Positions 14,279 to 26,290 of a DNA stretch of 64,000 bases are shown one piece after another; position 1 is the stretch's first letter; the number at the start of each line of letters is the position of its first letter. The position numbers were made by a program, and so were the translations under genes. The notes beneath the pieces are model-generated. The model was not told where the DNA came from. It worked only from the letters and a program-made list of their open reading frames with translations, and made no database searches. The stretch is taken from contig CP075496.1 of NCBI GenBank assembly GCA_021613535.1, positions 5,704,001 through 5,768,000 on the forward strand, written 5' to 3'. This DNA comes from Adineta vaga (lineage: Eukaryota > Animalia > Rotifera).

Positions 14279-16604
14279 CTAAACGAACTCTTCTTCTCTG
14301 CTTAACATTATTGGTAACAAAAGTTTAAGAAAGTATGTGAGAAAAAATCCACATAACGAAAGTAGAATACCACATATAAGCATAATAATATCTTTTGTTG
14401 TATTACTTGTCATGTAAATAAGTAATTCAGGTTGATCATAATTTGATGTGAAAATTACTCGATTATCAATTGATTCATCATTATTTCGTATTAAATTAAT
14501 TGAATTTATTGAAACACGTAAACATGTTTCCGTTGATTCTTGATAGATTTTCGATCGATAAACATTTTCTTGTTCATGACATGCAGTTTTTGTTGTACTC
14601 ATCGTTCGTGTTGCAATCCAATTTAATAGAATATCATGAATATAAGATGATGCATCAAAAAAATGACTATTTAAATATGATTTGACTTCTGATTGATGTA
14701 GATTTGGTTGTAAGAATGAAAATGATTCTTTCATTTGATTTGATACTTCTTTAAAGTAGAAGACACCTGTTTCATTCGTTTCGGAAATAATATTCGAACA
14801 ATTTGAATGAAGAAAACAATTGAATAATGCATGAATTCGATCTGATAACGCTTGTTTCATTTCGAATGATAATTCATTGACACACTTTGATAGATTTAAA
14901 TAATCACAAATAGTTTTTAATAGAGCATAGAGATGATTTTCAATTGCGGAGAATTTTGACACGTCAGTGAAGATATCTCGATAACTATTATAGAATGGAT
15001 TCATATATTCATAAGCGTAGTTAGTATTGCTATTGTACTAACATTTAATGAATGAAAATCAGAAAGAGAATTAGGTAAAGGTGTTATATGTTTCAATGTA
15101 ATTGAACTGGAAGAACTTCTACAGAGAAATTCATTCTAGAAATATTATTTCTTTTGATTATTCTTACTGTAATTTTCCAAGAAATGGATGAACATTGTTA
15201 TGAAGAATGTATGTATGTGTAGGATCGAATCCTAATTGATCGATATTAATGATAAGATCAATATGTTCAGCTTCGATCGGATGTAGATTGTTTTCATTCG
15301 ATGTTTTCTTAGTTGTATAAGGAAAGTTCCCGTCTTGAATAAGTTTAGTTAATTCTAATGTTCCGTAATGATTCCAATTTTCTCCATTTAGAAATAGAAG
15401 AACAATGTCTTTATTATTTCCATCAGTCATTAATAATTGACTTAAATTAATTCGACCTAATGTCCAAGCCAGACCAAGTAATGTAACTACACCTAATGCT
15501 GTAGATTGAGTACCGGCATCTAATGATCAAGCATAGTGAATAGGTGTATTATAATTAAATAGAAATGGGTTTACTTTTTGGTTGAAAAATAGAAAAAAAA
15601 TCAAATTTTGTATAGAAAATAATAACAGATTTAGGTGGACGAGTATTTTCTATGGAAATAGCATTGAATGTACTCCAGATAATATTGATCATTGGACTTC
15701 GACATTTAATAGAATAATGTTTAAAATAAGCTTCACCTAGATCAGAAAGGTAAGCATTACTTTTATACTCTCATTTCAATCGTACAACAAGAAAAATAAT
15801 CTCTGTTCTATTATACACATGATGTTATTATATTCTTGCTACTTATTTTTCAAACTATATTACTAAAAAATATTCTCTGAGCTTTGATTCAATAAAATTG
15901 GAATGAAATATACCGAAATAATTGCTTTTTGATCGTCGATTGCAAACTTGAGCATTTTCAACTCCATACGCATAGGACTTCATACTACAAATAACTTTTA
16001 TTCTTTCTTAACCACAGAAACAAAACTAATACTCAACTAACTGTACATCAATATATATTCCTTTGAATATTTGTTGTTGATTATACACTTGACTAAGTTT
16101 TCTTAATTCATCAATGATTGATTGATTCGTTAATAAAAATATCGGTTTATCTATCTTCATTCCACGAAAATCAATACCAAATTTATTCTTTCGAATTGAA
16201 CAATTTGTTGTTTTGGAAAGTCCAATAGAATCATCAGGACATGTGCTTACTTCTGTAAAAGCATCGTCTGTTAAAGGTACATGTTTACCATCAATTAATA
16301 CTCCTACAACCATCGATGCAGAATGTATAGCATATTCAAGAATATCTTTTCGAGGAGGTATAAGAATGATAAGAGGTTGTGAATGTTGATGTGATGTAAG
16401 ATCATTTAATGATGATATATCGATTAGTCGACCACGACTACCTGATCGATGAGATGAACATCCTGTGAGAGTATTCTTCGTTAAATATCGCATACAAAAA
16501 TCGAATGATGAGGTTAGATACATTTTTGTTTGGATGGAACGAAGTTTTAATGTGAAACATGATGGATTGAATAGAATGAATAGAAGAAAATGATGACTAA
16601 TCAT
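14279..16604 (-). CDS. NCSTN: Nicastrin (gamma-secretase subunit), divergent, with an apparent 1-nt frameshift near 15025
   Basis: CMRYLTKNTLTGCSSHRSG, NKFGIDF..KPIFLL, AQVCNRR, KFDFFSIF..AGTQSTALGVVTLL, VLLFLNGENWNHYGT..IQDGNFP, NPFYNSYRD, RVIFTSN..PELL and a C-terminal TM all align by eye with nicastrin motifs. Five coding exons, with introns at about 15985-16041, 15737-15913, 15520-15574 and 15119-15167. Confidence 0.85.
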
Positions 16605-16679
16605 TCTAGAAAAAAAACGAATAATGTTAGGCGCCAATTGTTATCTGAAAGAGATTCGTTCTTTCATAATCCTATATTC

Positions 16680-16684
16680 GCCGG

Positions 16685-16741
<57 letters not shown>

Positions 16742-16752
16742 GGGTCACGGCA
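16680..16752 (+). tRNA. trnF-GAA: tRNA-Phe (anticodon GAA)
   Basis: 73-nt cloverleaf GCCGGGATAGCTCAGTTGGGAGAGCGTCAGACTGAAGATCTGAAGGTCCCTGGTTCGATCCCGGGTCACGGCA, with A box, B box (GGTTCGATCC) and anticodon loop CTGAAGA. Confidence 0.98.
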
Positions 16753-16754
16753 TA

Positions 16755-16761
16755 TTTTTTT
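16755..16761 (+). terminator. RNA polymerase III oligo-T terminator of tRNA-Phe
   Basis: T7 run starting 3 nt after the discriminator base. Confidence 0.8.
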
Positions 16762-16777
16762 AAATGATCGATTTTTC

Positions 16778-19700
16778 ATGACGAAACATTTCAATAATTG
16801 TAAGGCGACTTTCAAAAAAAGCATTGAATATTTTTGATATTTTCTATTTAGTATCTTTAGTAAATTGTCGTTTATTCGAAACACCACTTGGTTGCACATT
16901 AACGATTGAATATGAAAAAATCGAATGGCAAGAAGCTATTCATTGTCATATTCGTTTTCATGGCCGATATAGTTTATCACCAATGTTTCCTGTTGTAATG
17001 ACAAGAGATGGTCGAATGCAGACGAATTTTGTCTTTCAAGACGTTGGCGAAGTAGATCTTTGTTTTAAGATTGACAAAAAATAGAATAATTAAAGCCAAT
17101 TGTAATAGATTGTGGCAATTGAAATTCAACTAATGTCAAATAAAAAGGTTGGACTGAATATCAAATGGATTGAGATCAACATTCCAAAGAAAGGAGTTTG
17201 GCAAAAGTATACGTTTTTCATGAAAATGTTCTGATTTATTTACTTCTATGGAATTTTGTTAGATTTGATGTGCAACGTTGGTTACATCCGAATATGGGTG
17301 ATGGACGAACTCGATTGATCTTAACTCCAAATCGAATACCGGGTTATGAACCGAAAAGTAAATAAAATGTTTGAAATTAGTTTCGTTCCATTTCATTTGT
17401 AGAAATGCTTAAGAATATTGAACAACCAAAACGAGGTGTGATCTTGTCATTTTGTTTTATATAAAACCGTTTATATTGGAAATCTAGATCATGTTAAATA
17501 TATGATACTTGTTAAAATTTCGAAAACTAACGAAAATATTGATGGTTCAATATTATCACTCGATCTAATTGGCAGTAAGCTAAAAGCTTTTAATCTAAAT
17601 AACTGAATGATACAGATTCCTATATTGAAGAATATGGTCGAACAGGACTACATCAACTAAATGTAAAATATGACAGAATTATTCCACTAAAAGTCGATAC
17701 TCAACCAAATCTATTCGAATTAACTATGTTAGATATTGGTTTATTAAATGATTATGAAATAAATTTAGAGAATACAGAACATGATGGTGCTTATTTTGTT
17801 TCGACTATTTACATATTTTGCAAACAATATTATGAGTAAATGAATTTTTATCGTTGTTTTCAACAATATAACTATCGTTGCATAGAATTGATGTTCATCA
17901 TTGGATTGAAAATACTCAAACATTACGTGGTCATATTCGAGTATTAGATACACCAATAGGATCATCATTATTCAATAAAATTCCATTGAGTATGAAGGAA
18001 TATGATTTCAATCTAGTTTTGAAACTGATTTATTTTCTCGAAAGATTCTTCTTTTATTCTTTGGCTTATTGGATCTAAATTGAAGAAAAACGAAATAACA
18101 TTACCAATTCATTTCCAATTCAATTGTCAGAACACTTTAATCAATCCAATCGAAGAAACAGTTACAATTCGATCGAATTCTATATCTGTATTAGCTATTT
18201 CAACACCTTGTGCAATGCCTGTATACATCTTCGTTCATGTTATTCGTAAAAGGATATTTATATGATTTCTTAGTTGAATTCAATTCTACTTGAATATCAT
18301 CGAAATACAATAAATTATTGTTTAATCAAAGAAATCATCGTTCTTGATGTTTTTCAAGGTCAATATTTCTAGTATGTGTTTAGATTTCATGACTACCACT
18401 ATTCAAAAACTATTCTCTTTCAAAGTTTTCAATACAATAATGAATCTGTGAAATCATCCAATAAAATGGATTGTTACTCATTTCTACCAAAACACGACGA
18501 TCTATTACCTTCACAACAACATTGTAAAAGAATATATTTCTTTCTAAATTCTAATAATTTCGTTTTAGCAAAACCTTATGTCATTTCGATCTTAACATCT
18601 GCAAAGAATCTATCACGTAAACATGCAATAAAAATTGTTTTACGTGGTGAACAGGGTTTAACAAACATGCTTTCTTTACACAATTCTTCATGGAATGAAT
18701 TTCCATTTGAAAGAAAACATAAAGATAAATTTGTCGTACTCGGAACAGATATTGGCAAAGTGAACTGGAATGAATTTTGACGAGCAAAATGAAAGTTATA
18801 TTCGTTAGTTTTCTTTTAGATAATTGGTTTAACGATGTTTCATTCAAGTGAAGAGACAAAATATAGCTTTGATATTCTTGAAATCTTTGTACCAGATAGC
18901 AAAACATGCATTCGGTTTGTTTGAGATAAAGAAAATGAACTTTAGGAAAATAGACTATTCTATATTATTTAAAGATTACATGGAAAATATGATATCTTCA
19001 ATGAAATAATCGATTTTAATTGCCGTAAGTATGGAAACAAAAAAAGATCATAAATGACAATTGTTTGAATAGATGAACCAGCGGTTGTTTATATCGTTCA
19101 AATCAAAACTGGTTTTGGTACATTAAACGATACAGCAGATATTATATTAACATTAGTTGGCGAAGAATCATCCAGTGAATGGATTTTATTAACATGTGAT
19201 AGTGATATGAAACCATTTCGTACTAATGAACTTGATACATTCTATATTCCAACAAAAAAACTCGGCAAAGTAAGATTTTTATTATCTATGAGGACAATAT
19301 TTATATCAATTGATAAAAAATAGATTCGTTCTGTGGATATTAGTTGTTCAAATATCGATATGAATTGTAAATGGTTTTGTGAAATGATCATTGTTCATGA
19401 TACAGTGTTTAATATAAAATCCAGGTAAATATTCCTTCTGAATGCATATATTCTATATATGTGAGCGAATCATAGCTCGATGACTTTTCTAGTATACTTA
19501 TTCTACTTTTGATGTATGTAATACAAATAGATTTATAGTCAAATGGTCATAATAACAGAGAAAGAAAAGAATGACGTATAAGATTACGGCGAACGAAAAA
19601 TTTTTTTTCAAATTTTCATGACTATAAGACGTAAATAATATTCTTGCACTCAGAGTACATATTTTACTATACAAACTTATGTATATCTTCTTTTGACTGA

Positions 19701-22700
19701 AGTTGTGTGTTTTTACTATACGTATACTTATTCATCACAGCTACGAATAGAAAGACAGATCTGACTTTTGATTACTTTAATGAAAATAATGTTTAACAAT
19801 TGTTATCTCAGTGGATGATACTTTTATGCATAGAACTGTAGATTCGATTTTCACGAAGGATAAGATTGAATTATCAAATATATTTAGAAAAAGACAACGA
19901 TAAATTGCATTATATATTATAGTTTTCTCATTAATCGTTGGTGGGGTGATCATCAAGAAATAGACTTTGTAGACGCATCGAACACTATAAGTAAAACGAC
20001 ATTGATCCAACCAGCATCAACGAAACTATTAATAACTTTTCTTCTAACAATAAAAACGGGTATTCGACCAGCAATGAATCCAATGCTCTCACCTTCAATC
20101 TATATTTTCTTTGCTGGTCAATTTGGAAGTTCACCTGTTCTCCATCTAAATGAACTTACTGATCGAATTGATTTATTTCAATCGTTAGAAATTGACGAAT
20201 TTACTTTTACAATACCCGATACAGGCACAGTAATCATCATGATTCTTTTTCTTTCATCTATGAAATACTTGTCTTTCTACGATGAATATGTGTAAGTTTA
20301 GCCAACGATAATGCGTATTTGGAATACGGAAGATCTTGCTACATGGACATGTGATTATATTGACATTAAATACATTAGTAACTCCACAATAACTCAGTTC
20401 GTCATATTTTGTTACTTCTAAAATTTAAAATGACATTTACCTCGATGTTTCAGCTTTCCAATGGGTGTAGATTTACAGAAAAGCAATCCATTATTTTCAT
20501 CTTATATTGATCTTGAAGTTGATGTTGGTCGAGTAATACTTCCACTAGCAGGACCACGTGATGATAGTGCATATCCATCATATGAAATGATTATTCGAAC
20601 TGATCAAATAAAATATATCGAAGATGGTAGTATTATTATTCAGATAGAAGGTGATAAAAATCGATCAAAACGAGTATTATTGATTGAAAACAGTAATAGT
20701 TCATCGACCAAAAATGAAGGAACTTCCAGATTTTTTATTTATGGACTTTGTTCACTAGGAGATGTATAGTATAAATAGTTGATATTCTTCTAATCTGTTT
20801 TTCTTTCAAGTTAAAAGAAATTTCTATTGATCTTAAAAAGACTCAACGGCATATCAAATGGAAATGGGAGTATATAATAATATATGATTATTTAAACGAT
20901 AGATATTATGGTACAAAAGCCAATCAAAATCATTATATTGGCAAATATAAAATTGGCAGATTGAATAATTTTGATACTGATCATATTCGTAACTTAATAT
21001 TAAGGATTGGAACGAAATCAATTGCTATTTTTTTCATTTCTAGATGAAGAACTCGATCGTATACAAAATGAATCAATTGTTGACAATGTTCCGGAATCAG
21101 GCAAGTGATTTATATTGGTTGTATTCTCTAGAAACCATGTTATTCTATTGCCATTTTCAGATCCTATTTATCGAATATTATATCGAACTCAACCGAATAT
21201 GTTAACAAATGTTTCACGAAACGGTCAGATACTTCTGAGATTAAGTGGCGATGAATCGACCGCTTTCTTTCTTCTTGACCATACTCGTCAATTAACATCA
21301 GGATCAATCAATGAATATTTTTATCATGGAAACGACTATATTCATGGAGTAAAGATTTTTCTAATAACGCTAAGATTGACTATGAATAATATAAAATAGT
21401 TGAATAAAATCGATGTTCAATTGATCGATGATGAAAATACTCGATGGGCTTGTGAATCAATTGAAATTTATGATTTAAAAACCAACGATATAATTACGTA
21501 AGAAGCTTATTTACAAAAGTTCAATCTGCCCTTCTTTCTCTCAATAGATTTCCAATCAATAGTTTGATTGAATCTAAAAAAATGACTACATGGAAATCTG
21601 GTGTTAAATCACCTATGATTTACTTTATTTGTATTCGAACAGGACTACAAGGTGCTTCATTAAATTTTCGATTTGGTTCAGCTCATGCATCATTGAAATT
21701 ATATGGTGATTCAGGCGTATCAAATGAAATCCCGTTGCATATTCCTTCTGAACAATCATTCTATCTTAGAGCAAATCAAATAGATACATTTGAAATCAAT
21801 GAAATGATATCGATAGTTGGTCAAATTAGTTCGATAGATCTTTATCATAATGGACAGAAAGAAGATTTTTGGGATATTCAATGGATGAATATAAAAGATG
21901 TAACAACAAACAAATCTTTTCAGTGAGAATAATGAATTTTCTCAAATATTAGGAAATCTTCGTTTGTAGTTTTACAATTAGTAAATGTTTAAATAAAAAT
22001 ATAGGAACAAATTTGAAGATTTTACATGTACCAGTAGATGTATCAGCAAGAAAATCAAGTATGTATAAATTTTTGTAATTAGTAAGCAGATTATCATTGC
22101 TTCATTCGCACTCTTCGAAGTGAATCAATTGGGCTCAATATCAAACTATATCATACGGGTGAAAACAGGTGTTCAAACACCTTTACATAGTGACGAACCG
22201 AATGTAGTTTCAGTCGTACTAATTGATCCGTTGAATGATTCGACTCGAATACCATTAGCACAATCAGATAATTCAACGTCATCAATGTTTCAAGCGGAAC
22301 AAGAAGATCGATTTGAAATAACTATTACACCGATGCTTGAAGTAAAATGAAATATTTTTCTACTAAATCATTAAACATGTAGCTATTAGTTAAAAATCAT
22401 CCAACTCTATTTTCATGGTACATTTCCATGGTTTTGCGAACGAATAATAGTAACTGATCAAATAAGTGGATTGTCTTATCGGTAATTATTTGCATTCATA
22501 TTTTAATTTATTTGAGAAAGATATTAGATTTGATGTTGAACAATGGTTTACACAAATAACGAACGATAATCCAGTGAATATTTATGGACAACGGGAAGAT
22601 GATATTGGTAAATTCATAGAAATCGAAGATAGCAAAAGAAGCCTTTTATTTTCTTAAGGTTGGACTTATTCGGTTACTGTTAAAACCCAAGCTGTTCTAC

Positions 22701-23698
22701 CAGCACAAACGAATTTACGTGGAAAGATAATTCTTTCCATCTATGGACAAAATTCTTCATTAAATAATGCTATACTTGGTTCAGGCCGGTTAATGTATGG
22801 ATTATTTCATGCTGGAAGTGAAGATACAATTGAACTTAAAAGTACAAAACGACTTGGAGATGTAGAAATTGATTGATGTATTCTCTGTAATTAATTCAAT
22901 CATGTTTAATAGATTCATTCGATTGATCTACGTCTTGAAGTTTCTGAATGGCAATCATGGTTTTGTGATACTATTGAAATCATAGATTCAGCTGCGATTT
23001 GGGAGTTTTCATCACGTTCAATGATATCTAAAACTTATAAGTAAATAACAATAGTTTCCTTCTAGATTTTACATTTGATCGCTTTGTTTGCTCTTTTTCT
23101 TTCTGAAAAGATTCCCAATCAATAGATGGCTCGGTGCTCATGCCATGGACAAACGTACTATCATTCATTCAACAATCAATCAAGAACCGGGCTATGCTAA
23201 AATGCCTTCATATATAGTTCATATATTAACTGGTACGAAAAATATGATTACTGAATCAAATATACAAGCAAATGTTTATCTTCAATTATTTTGTACAATA
23301 TCTAATCATGTCTATGGGCCAATTCTATTAGATAAATCTTCAAACAATACTCAACCATTTCGTAAAGGTCAAATCGATGAATTTTATATTAATGATTTAT
23401 CATATTGTGGTGAAATAAAAAAGATTCGTTTATGGCATGATGGTGATAAATCTACCTCATGGCATTGTGAATGGTAAAGTAATCTTGGAGTAGAGATGAA
23501 GATCTTTCATATTATTCATATATATATAGGATTAAAATTACGCATGTGCAACGAAATGAAATTTATGAATTTGTTGTTGAGAAAATATTAGATGAAGATC
23601 TCGAAGAAGGTTCAAGTAATTTAATTTTATATAGTAAAAAGAAGGATGACACCAATGAAAATGAACTTCTTACACCACCACGAACTTTGATTTCTTAA
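16778..23698 (+). CDS. LOXHD1-like protein of about 12 tandem PLAT/LH2 domains
   Basis: Repeated Y.I.V.TG...V.L.L.G..G.S...F..G..D.F....G.I..I.L.H....W.CE.I....F...RWL units (e.g. YIVQIKTGFG, YIVHILTG..PFRKGQIDEFYI..GEIKKIRLWHDG..WHCEW). The frame was followed across the introns I checked. The first exon ATG 16778-16799 splices in phase via a 61-nt intron. Stop at 23696-23698. Confidence 0.82.
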
Positions 23699-25725
23699 TA
23701 AACATATTATATAATTAAGTATGTCTATGTAAAATCACTCTAAATATGAAAATATAGTTCAATATTCGATTGTTATTATATCATTTGTTCAAAACAAAAA
23801 TCATCGAAAGTGATAAGCTCTGTCGGTTGATTAACCGATTTCTTCTTCTCTTTTACCTAACATTCAGCTCATATGTCAACTTACAAGTCACAATGAATAT
23901 ACACTTCATAGAGTGTCCAACAAGGACGACCTTTTCTCAATCCCAGAGGATATTTAAATTTTTCTAGTCAGATTTCATATCTTTACATTTGAGAAAAGAT
24001 ATCATTATCATATACTACATGTTCTAGACGATGAGTAAAAATATACTTTCAATGACATAGGATAAACCTACTTCAATGTACGAATTAATTCTATTCAAGT
24101 ATGTATTGTTTTGATTTATTTTTCAACTCTAGAAGAAAGAAAACAGGTTATAAATTGTACATATTTTATTCTTTGTGATGAGAAATAGGAATTTAAACAA
24201 AAATATCCGGCAACGTTAACTTTTAATACTGTCCTTGCTATTATAATCTCAGCGGAAATTTCCGCTTACATTCCCATAGGACACTGCTCTTGACATACAC
24301 ACACATACACATTCACATATACATATATGTATCTGAACGTAAATTGATTGTCAATGTGACGTGACCATATACTACAGACCAGTGAACTGACTGATTATAT
24401 AGAAGTTATTAATTGTACAAATGAGCCGTTGATAGAAGATCATTCTTAATTTAACGTGATGCGTTCGTTTTTCTTCTATATTGCTTTTATTCTTGTTTGA
24501 TGATGTGATATATTGTGCAATACTTCTTTTCAAATTAGACCTTAGAGATAGATGACGTGTGGATGTGTGTATACATACATCTATGTATATAATATTTACA
24601 TGTTACCATTTGGTCATCCGAAAGATGAGGCATTACTAAGCAACTTAATGAATTGATGAACTTATTATACCAATTTGTTTTTAAGTTCTATATAAGACAA
24701 GAGACGTAAGACCTTTCTATTGATAACATAACAAGTCGAAAAAAAGAGGTTAGTACGTATCATTTTTCAATGATGATAGAGATGACTTCTTATATATCCT
24801 AAATTCGGTAAGTTACATCACACTGATGTTTTGTTGATTCTTGATGCCGATAAGAAGAAAAGACACGACGAAGCACTTGAAAATCACCCGAAATATGCTA
24901 GGAATGAGCGAGCGAGAGAGAGTACAAATTCTGGACTAATTCAGTAGTACATTTTTGTCAAACGTTTACATGTTTGTCTATATTGTCAGACATTCTATCT
25001 AGTGATGAAGTGTTCTTGAATTTCCATCATAGTCGACTATAGTATCTATCATTAACGATAATATGCATACATAACACCAGTTGTAATCAATTAATCTTTC
25101 CTTCTCATTCTCTTTCACACTACATTCTCTTGTGAGTACATATTCTCTTTATTTTTTCCAGTAATCAATGTCATAAAAGTAACATATGATTCTAATGAAA
25201 CTCGATTTCAAAACAAATCTCGTAAGTAAAGTCTGAATAATAGAAGTGATATGTTTCGTTTTTTATCCAGTGATTCTCATTCCTTCTATAGCGGAAGGGA
25301 TTATTTGAACGTTTAAGTTGATGTGAACGCGTCCGTTTTCTTTTTTTTATATTTTTCTATATACCCTCAAGATACATCATACTAGTTAGATGTTGTCTGG
25401 ACAAATTATTAATTCAACGAACGATGTTCTTCATCATCATCGTTCATTCATATATGCATAAGTATCTACTTGAATAATACATCTCCGAAATTAAACATAG
25501 TAATAGAATAGTAATATAGTTTGATAGGATAGTACACTGTGTTGCATTTATAACATCGATTAAAACGTAGCATCTAGGAAAATAATCGGTACGAATAGAA
25601 GAGATTAACAATTTAATATTGACCAGTAGCCGGAAATATACTCGTAGAAAAAAGATTAGTTGCTTTAGGGCAATAGCATCCATAAATCTGCAGACCATTT
25701 TGTTTGTCTCCATCTGGTTCCTCCC

Positions 25726-25741
25726 CTCTCTCTCTCTCTCT
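25726..25741. repeat. (CT)n microsatellite
   Basis: About 8 CT units read directly. Confidence 0.8.
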
Positions 25742-26290
25742 TTCTGTAGATTACTTTGTCGATTTAGTTAATAAGAGAATAATCATAAGTCACGTTTAAG
25801 ATTGATCGATATGTTCTAGAAGCCATACAATCGTTCGTTTCAGACAATAACAGATGGGTTGACTTGATCATACTTATTGATCAATATATACTATTGAAAT
25901 AATAATTGCCATTTTTTTATTCGCTTATTTTAAATTACGTGCTATTGGTAAGCTATTCTCTAATATATGATCTCATCACAACGATATCAGTGAGACATGT
26001 ATATGCATATTAGAATAAAAGAAAGAGAAAAAAATGAAAGAAGAATGCAAGAGAGAGAAGAGAGAACAAGCATCAGCACTTGAGTAAGAGATGATGAACG
26101 GCGACATGCTGTTTGTATGATGATGAATTTAGACAAGCAAAATACTTGTACTACTCAATGTACATATGCTTGTATACATTCTATGATTAAACAAACATTG
26201 CACTCATCGTTTTGTCTTCAATGCTTCTATTTTTCTTCTAGGTAATGGAATCTTGTTGATGAAGATTATTGTATGTCATCCAGATGAAGT

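Noticed and set aside
16672-16899. 75-aa minus-strand ORF containing CRDPGSNQGPSDLQSDALPTELSR
   Set aside because: It is the antisense translation of the tRNA-Phe gene, a well-known spurious ORF type.
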